NCBI GenBank assembly: GCA_950097015.1
Contig: CATNEN010000030.1
Coordinates: 310,001-374,000 of the forward strand
Length of the DNA stretch: 64,000 nucleotides
Direction of reading: 5' to 3'
Source of the DNA: Macrostomum hystrix
Lineage: Eukaryota; Animalia; Platyhelminthes
The notes beneath the pieces are model-generated. The model was not told the DNA's origin. It ran no database searches and worked only from the letters and a program-made list of their open reading frames with translations. The position numbers and the translations under genes were made by a program. Below, piece by piece: positions 58,101 to 64,000 of this stretch. Each line of letters starts with the position of its first letter. Positions within the stretch are counted from its first letter, which is position 1.

Positions 58101-61100
58101 CGGTGCATCGGTCAACACTCCAGGCGGTGGTGTTTGGGTAGGCCTGGCCCTGGAAGAAGCACTCCTGCTCGCCCGGCCTAGTCCTGACCTCGGTGGCAGA
58201 AACGGCTGAAATGAAAGGGCTTTGAAGATTTCTCTGGATGACACGAGGAACTGCCTGAGGGCCGCTGACGCAGCCAAGTTACTAGCGCAGGGAATGTCAA
58301 GTGGTTTGTGTGTTTAAAATTCTCTAGGAGTTTATTTTCCTGAGTAAATATTAAGTTTAACCATTGAAGTTTATGGGCTTCGGCAATGAAAATTGTGTCT
58401 TGAGATGGCAGATAAAAAATTATAATTTGCACGCAGATCGCTAAGTGAATAAATTACATTTGACTTAGAGATACACACAATAATACGGGATGTACATCTG
58501 ACTTTACACCTGACGAGTCTGACCGTCAGATAGAGATTAATGTTGTATTGCCGCGGATTTGAACTCGGGGAGTTTGGTGCGAGAAAAGGACATGGTCGAT
58601 TTATCAATGAATTATTGCAAATTTTGTAAAGACACTTGTCTAGCTAAACAACTGATTGCAGTTGAACTGGCACTCTCACCTGAACAGGTTAGACAGGGTC
58701 CGCTGTGAGTCTGCTCAGCCGGCGGACAGTTGACAAGCTGGCAAGCGTCCTTGAAGCAGCTAAGCATGCCGCCGTCGCAACGGCAGACCACAGACTGATC
58801 GTCGTACGGGCGCACCGTCTGACCGGAGTTAATGACCATGTTCTTCACGAGGCAGCCGAAACAGCTGGCAAGGCGGGGTTTGGCTTCGTCAGTTCAGTCA
58901 TTTCTTACCGCTGAATGAGCAGCATGTGAGCACACAGGCATGGCACTAACTTGAAATGCCGCAGCCGCAGCTATTGTATTGCGAATCTGAAGGCTGCGCA
59001 CGGCTGTTATTTCAGTCCATTGACTGGGGGGACGCCGCACCCACCCTCAATTACCACAGCTGATGCTGGTTCCCATTTAACAGTTTTGAAATGAATCAAT
59101 GCAGAGTTAGGTGCCTCGCTAAAGGACGCAAATTGTTCCAGTGGAGTCGGGACTCGAACAATAGAGTATAGAGATAGACAGAAAAGTCACGTTAAGAAAA
59201 ATAACCACAGAAAGTCGTTGTTGAATCCTACTTTGAAGACTTCAAAATCTTCAAAATTGTGTAATATCGGCATTGTGCAGCGATAAATTTCTATCACAAA
59301 GCTATTTGAAGATTGTTAAAACTCTAGTCCCTAGCTCCACGTAAACTCGCGAATTGTAACACGCGATTTTTGCCGGCCTTGTCGGCCACTTCAAGACGTA
59401 CGAAGGTTTGGCTGGCTTCTGTGTGTTGCTGATACTACTGTTCAACTTTGCTCCATTAAAATTATAGTAACTATCGAGCGTTTGCTTTTCAACAACATTC
59501 TGTCATTAAATTCACTATGGGCCTTCGTTCCATTAGTGTCATCGTGGATAGATAATACTCTGAGTTAATGACTACCTTTAATTTCAGTTGGAGGACTGGC
59601 TGACACCGTGGGCTGAAATGCTAATAGCAGCAGCAAAATGTTCCACTTAGACTTACAATGCTTTATTTTACCTGTATGTCCCGATTTGAGGACACTATAC
59701 AGGCTTTTCTGACTGCAATGGACGCGGATGATCAAGGGACGGCGAACCGCACAGGTGTTGATAACCGTTTCGTCACAGAAGCCCTGCTGCCATCAGCTCT
59801 CTAAGTCCCCCTTTCACCTTGACACACCTGGGCAAAAATGCTCCAATAGGGAAAACGTTTGGGCAGCTGAAATTATGCATTTCCGCTTTCATCACCTGGA
59901 GCAGCTCAAAGGAAGGAAAAATATGATATCATAATTGACAGCATCCGTCCAAAGGCATTTCCTGACTCGCCCGAGTCGGCTGAGTCCCCAGGGCATCAGC
60001 TTAGGCTTAGGTAAATCCATCAGAGAAAACACCTTTGGGATTGGTTTATTGAAAATCTTGCTCGCTGGCGTGAATATTTTAAATATTCATGCGAAACTAT
60101 GAGTATTACAACATTCTTTGCCTAGAATGACCAACTGAATGCGAAACTGAATGGCCAAGTCATTCAATCTACTCGTATTTTCTAAAGCTAGCAAACCCTT
60201 AATAGTAGAAAGACCATGGGGTATGTCCAAATACTGCAAATATTCAACCAATTCTAATGAAAATTCTGAAACCGAGCTAACATTTTTCGCTCTATCCGAT
60301 AAAACAACTTCCAGAATCACAAAACATCTGCATCGTCGAGATATTCAATGATTCTTGTTGGTCGACGATGCTGACTCCGATGGCTTTGAAAGTTAGTTCA
60401 TCGTAAAGGGCAGAAAAGTTTGATCCATATGTTGGGCTTTCACGAAAATATGTCTTTCGGTTTGGCTCCATATAGTGGGCTTTCACGAAAATATGTCTTT
60501 CGGTTTGGCTCCATATAGTGGGCTTTCACGAAAATATGTCTTTCGGTTTGGCTCCATATAGTGGGCTTTCACGAAAATATGTCTTTCGGTTTGGCTCCAT
60601 ATAGTGGGCTTTCACGAAAATATGTCTTTCGGTTTGGGAGCTATCATGAAGTAGGCAGTGGGGTATTTGTATATACCAAATATACCAAGACCAAATAGCG
60701 TAGTCTTTCTACTATTAACTGGACTTACCTAGCGCAGCACTGCCCCGGCCGGCGGATCTGGTACTCGGGCGTGCAGGTGGGATGGCAGACGCGCACCTGC
60801 TGGGTCAGTAGGCCGGCATGGCACCTGTAGATCTGGCACGGCTCGTCCGCGCTGTGCCAGGTCTGGCCGTGCGGCAGGGTCAGGAAGCGGCCATTGCGCA
60901 GTTCCAGACGACAGCTTCGGCAGGTCTCGCAGCAGCCATTGTGCTCAGTCACGTGACAGTCCGACTGGACTGGCTCGCAAACTTGACGAGTGCAGGTGAG
61001 CCGATCGTTCTGCTCAGGGTTGGGTCGGGTCGTTTGGATGCTCAGTAATGACATGCGCGACTCATCAGCCATTATCGACAACTAAAACCACGACCTAGCC

Positions 61101-63227
61101 CTAGCTCAACGTACCGGGAGCCGCTAAAATAGATAATCAGTTTCGGGGACTCTGTGCTCTGAAGCATAGTTTTGTGACGGGACCAGAAGCCAGCGAGGAG
61201 GCAATTCTGCACACACCGCTGACCCATGGCGTTTGCTGCTCTGGGCATGAGTGGCAGAGCGGTTAGCTCGTTTGCCTCTTGCACCAATGTAGCTGGGCTC
61301 GATTCCGTGGCGAGGCCACATTCATTCGGGGCTCAGTCGCGGAGAGAAAGCTCCGCGTGGCGAGGCCAGAGATTGGCGTGCCAATTTACGCCCGGTTCAA
61401 CCTCCTGGGTACAGTGACAGTGTACACCGCCTGACGATGAGAAAGTCTGGGCAGAAGTACACACCTGTGTGAACGTGTGCCGACGTACAGCATCTGTGTG
61501 CGTGTGTGCTCAGGAGTCAGCGAAATGGGCAGAATTGCCTCCTCGCTGGCTGTGGGTCCAGTGTCACCAAATTATGTCCCATTGCCCACAGCTCTTCTGC
61601 AAACATAAATTAATAATTATTATATGGGGGTTGGCGCTAATGAACGAGAATTGCAAAAAGTACTCAAGTATACTGAAAGGTAATTGGCTGCACCCGCAAA
61701 TGAACGTGGCCTGGACCTCATGGGACACTTCGGTGCGGTAGCCTGACTTTCTTTTTTACTTCCACAGGGACACGAACTACTCAGCCAATGGCCTCCTTTT
61801 CGGCCCACCCCACCGAAGTGCAAAGCTTAACGAGTACCGCCCAGGTAAGGATCGAACAAAGGCATTGAAAATGTGAAGACAGAACTATATTTGGTATATT
61901 GTATCCATGCAAAAGCAAACACTATTTATGTATGCCTTAGAGTTGGGCATTCATCTGTTCCACAAATTGGAGGCTACCAATCAGCCCAAGGTAACTGACG
62001 CCCCTGTTTTCGAATCGAGGCTCGCCTGCCGGTAGTGCCAGACTTTGCCTAAACACAACTGGCTATGGATTCTGCCCACTTTTATATACTCGGCGGGGCT
62101 AAAGTTTTCGCTACTTTTGCTTCTTGTTTGTTTTTTTTTACTTTTATCTTTACAATGCTGTATTCAGCTTGCAACTTGTTCATCATGTTCTTCCTTGTAT
62201 TCCTCTTCTTCACTCCCCGAATCTTGCTGTTACTTTTCACTTCCCCATTATCTCACCTTATCATCCATATTTTTACCCCCTTACATTGATATCCCTGGTT
62301 CCAAGCTACTGTCAAGCAACAATGACGCGCTTGATGTCACTCACATCGCAGAAGCACTTGTGGCAGGGCATCTTCTGCAGGCTGGTCACTCCCGGTGGTT
62401 GGCCACTGTTGAATCGACTGCAACTGGTCCGGTGAATCTCTGCGGAGCGGTTTCGGAGGAGCGATGAGAGATGGGACATGTGAGAGATGATACAGAGGTG
62501 AGATGAGACAGGTAAGAGATGAGACAGGAGAGAGACGAGACAGAGGAAAGATGAGACAGGGTAGAGATAAGATAGTGGAGACACGACAGACAGGGGAGAG
62601 ATGAGATAAGGGAGAGATAGGACAGGGGAGAAATAAGATATGGGAGAGATGAGACAGGTGAGAGATAAGACAGGTGAGAGATGAGACAGGTGAGAGATGA
62701 GACAGGTGAGGGATGAGGCAGGTGAGAGATGAGACAGGTGAGAGATGAGACAGGTGAGGAATGAGACAGGTGAGAGATGAGACAGGGGAGAGATGAGACA
62801 GATGAGAGATTAGGCAGGTGAGAGATAAGATAAGATAAGACAGGGGAGAGATAAGACAGGTGAGGAATGAGACAGGTTAGAGATGAGACAGGGGAGAGAT
62901 GAGACAGATGAGAGATTAGGCAGGTGAGAGATAAGGCAGGTGAGAGATAAGATAAGATAAGACAGGGGAGAGATAAGACATCCGAGAGATGAGTTAGGTG
63001 AGAGATGAGACACGGGAGACAGACTGAAAGGGTTTATCTTGTTGGCTAGTAAGTACAGTAAATAGTAAACCAAATAAGTAATTTAAAACTAAGCAAGAGT
63101 CTCTGCCTGAAACAAAGGGCTAAATGAAGTGTCCAGATGCAAGCAGCCGCTCACCTAGCTCGTCCCTTTGCTGGACGATGATCGCTTGGCTCAGCAGGAC
63201 GGCAATAATGAGCTGGAAGCCCGCCAT
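49164..63227 (-). CDS. BMPER: BMP-binding endothelial regulator / Crossveinless-2 homolog (signal peptide, 5x VWC, VWD, C8, TIL; ~691 aa; two +1 frame problems)
   Basis: Exons 63227-63155, 62439-62345, 61009-60729, 58864-58680, 58205-58087, 56870-56730, 53767-53308, 50542-50213, 49557-49164 (2078 nt = 3n+2). VWC patterns (W..D.C..C.C..G...C...C...CCP.C), VWD (RTFD, IVWDGSNFL, LCGLCGNYNG), C8 (PYYNWCEEEMCKC), TIL (CPRGFRYSDC...CRSGCVC). The domain order matches BMPER/Cv-2. Confidence 0.88.
49821..50125 (+). mobile_element. SINE family A, near full-length copy
   Basis: TGGCAGAGCGG fits the A-box consensus TRGCNNARYGG, followed by the B-box-like GGTCGATTC and the family A body. Confidence 0.82.
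50930..51150. mobile_element. Dispersed repeat family D (inverted copy at ~56225-56425)
   Basis: CACGAAACTCAAGAACACGGGCCAACTTTTTGTTG...AAGTCGCCAG...GGTCAGATTTTT...AGCGCTAGTGTATTT matches the reverse complement of 56230-56370. Shares the CGAGATATTCAA motif with MITE B. Confidence 0.7.
51790..52700. mobile_element. MITE family B partial copy interrupted by SINE C
   Basis: CCAGAATCACAAAACATCGGCAGCGTC|GAGATATTCAACGATTC rejoins to match the uninterrupted copies at ~48660 and ~60310. Confidence 0.75.
51827..52425 (-). mobile_element. tRNA-derived SINE family C, full-length, with 12-bp TSD
   Basis: Flanked by ATCGGCAGCGTC at 51815-51826 and 52426-52437. The minus strand starts AGGGGGGCGAGTGGGTCAGCGG...AGTTCGATTCT and ends in a (TAGA)n tail. 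Confidence 0.85.
54005..54285 (-). mobile_element. SINE family A copy
   Basis: CAGCGAGGAGGCAATTCTGCCCATTCCGCTGACTC...GGTTGGCCCTCAA...GGCAAACGCG matches 10-290. Confidence 0.78.
55360..55635 (+). mobile_element. SINE family A copy (diverged)
   Basis: TTTGCCTCTCGCGCCAAGGTCCCTGAGCTCGATTCC...GATGAGAAAGTCAGG...CAGAATTGCCTCCTC. Confidence 0.75.
55685..55770 (+). mobile_element. SINE family B 3' fragment
   Basis: CCAGTCCATTGGACTGTACAGCCGT...CCTTCAG...CGCGCAATAGC...GGCTGTGCTGTCGGCT is the reverse complement of 6800-6875. Confidence 0.65.
58970..59160 (-). mobile_element. CORE-like SINE family B, copy 2
   Basis: GACTGGGGGGACGCCGCACCCACCCTCAATTACC...GCTGGTTCCCATTTAACAG...TAAAGGACGCAAATTGTTCCAGTGGAGT matches 6865-6992. 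Confidence 0.75.
60203..60714. mobile_element. MITE family B, complete copy flanked by TTAA
   Basis: TTAA-TAGTAGAAAGAC (60199-60214) ... GTCTTTCTACTA-TTAA (60703-60718); contains an internal 43-bp tandem expansion. Confidence 0.85.
60438..60640. repeat. 43-bp tandem repeat inside MITE B
   Basis: TTTCACGAAAATATGTCTTTCGGTTTGGCTCCATATAGTGGGC starts at 60438, 60481, 60524, 60567 and 60610. Confidence 0.95.
61245..61600 (+). mobile_element. SINE family A copy with an inverted 3' fragment just upstream (61180-61225)
   Basis: GAGTGGCAGAGCGG...GCTCGATTCC head plus body. GCCAGCGAGGAGGCAATTCTG at ~61190 pairs with CAGAATTGCCTCCTCGCTGGC at ~61530. Confidence 0.8.
62465..63010. repeat. 16-bp-based purine-rich minisatellite (GAGATGAGACAGGTGA)n
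   Basis: Seen directly; on the transcribed strand it is a pyrimidine tract running up to the BMPER exon-2 acceptor (62440). Confidence 0.93.
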
Positions 63228-64000
63228 TCTAATTGTCGGGAGCTTTTGATTCTATACACTTTCTACTTCAGTAGGCTGGTAGTGAACAGATGAAAATCGG
63301 CCTATTATAAAATTAGAGTCAGCTCTGTTACGAATTTTAATTTGCTTTCGGGTTGCTTTTTAGACCGCCGAATACACTCGATGGCCAACAATGCGGGATC
63401 CCAGCCAGTAGGGGCCATCGGTTGATTAGGGGGAGGCGGGGTGGGCAGGGCTTGGGGTGGCCACCAGATCTCTGGCCGTCCACTTGACTGTCGGGCCATT
63501 CCCTGGCCCAAAATTTGTCTGTGTCCCCATTGGTTGGAAGTTGCAGCCAGCAAACGTCGCACACACCACTGAAGAAGTGCTTTTCTCTCGCGTCTCTTTC
63601 TCTCTTCATTTTACACACTGTGCATGTAATTTTTGCTCAAATCGAATACAATTTTCAGATGAAAAATTACTAAGAGAGGTAGATAGAAAATAGAGTAGCC
63701 AATTGGTGCGCCTTTTATTATCACCAGGGTTTGTCGTTGAAAAGAAAAGATTCTGTCTTTAGATCTTAGGATGTGATAAAAAGTTCTTATTCAATAGAAG
63801 CCCCACTGTATTAAAGCATTAGAAGAATAAAGAAATAGTTTTTGTCTCATTTGCGACAGGCCTGTGCTCATTTTCTAGCCTTATCAAGATCATTAAAATG
63901 TTACAGTTTGAGTTTGGCATTTAAACAGCGAACTAACCCTGACATATATAAAACATAGCATCATTGTGGCTATTGGTCTCTGCCATCTTGCGTCATTACA

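Noticed and set aside
62045-62467. 140-aa ORF with a signal/TM-like stretch
   Set aside because: The hydrophobicity comes from T-rich intron sequence, and the 3' part is antisense to BMPER exon 2.

Overview
Eukaryotic (metazoan, invertebrate) genomic DNA with spliced GT-AG genes. The very dense 14-63 bp intronic minisatellites and CAG runs resemble the flatworm Macrostomum genome; that species guess is inference. No CRISPR array, rRNA gene or intact tRNA gene was found. I assembled seven protein-coding loci by hand from splice sites and codon phase: (1) a 5'-truncated bark beetle/Anakonda homolog (+, 464-10962); (2) a tandem-C2 synaptotagmin-like gene (-, 16380-28547); (3) an orphan two-exon gene (+, 31407-33864); (4) a 1000-aa dynamin-like GTPase with a pseudokinase-like C-terminus, DSTYK-like architecture (+, 35887-40121); (5) a Trp-heptad coiled-coil ORF (+, 41522-41959); (6) a receptor with signal peptide, two mGluR-type Venus flytrap domains and only ONE transmembrane helix (-, 42814-46914); (7) a BMPER/Crossveinless-2 homolog lacking the GDPH cleavage motif (-, 49164-63227). 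Genes 6 and 7 each need two +1 frame corrections, which are assembly errors or pseudogenisation. Introns and intergenic DNA hold about 20 tandem arrays, three tRNA-derived SINE families (one CORE-like), two MITE families with nested insertions, and a LINE RNase H remnant. Most long ORFs in the supplied track are repeat artefacts.
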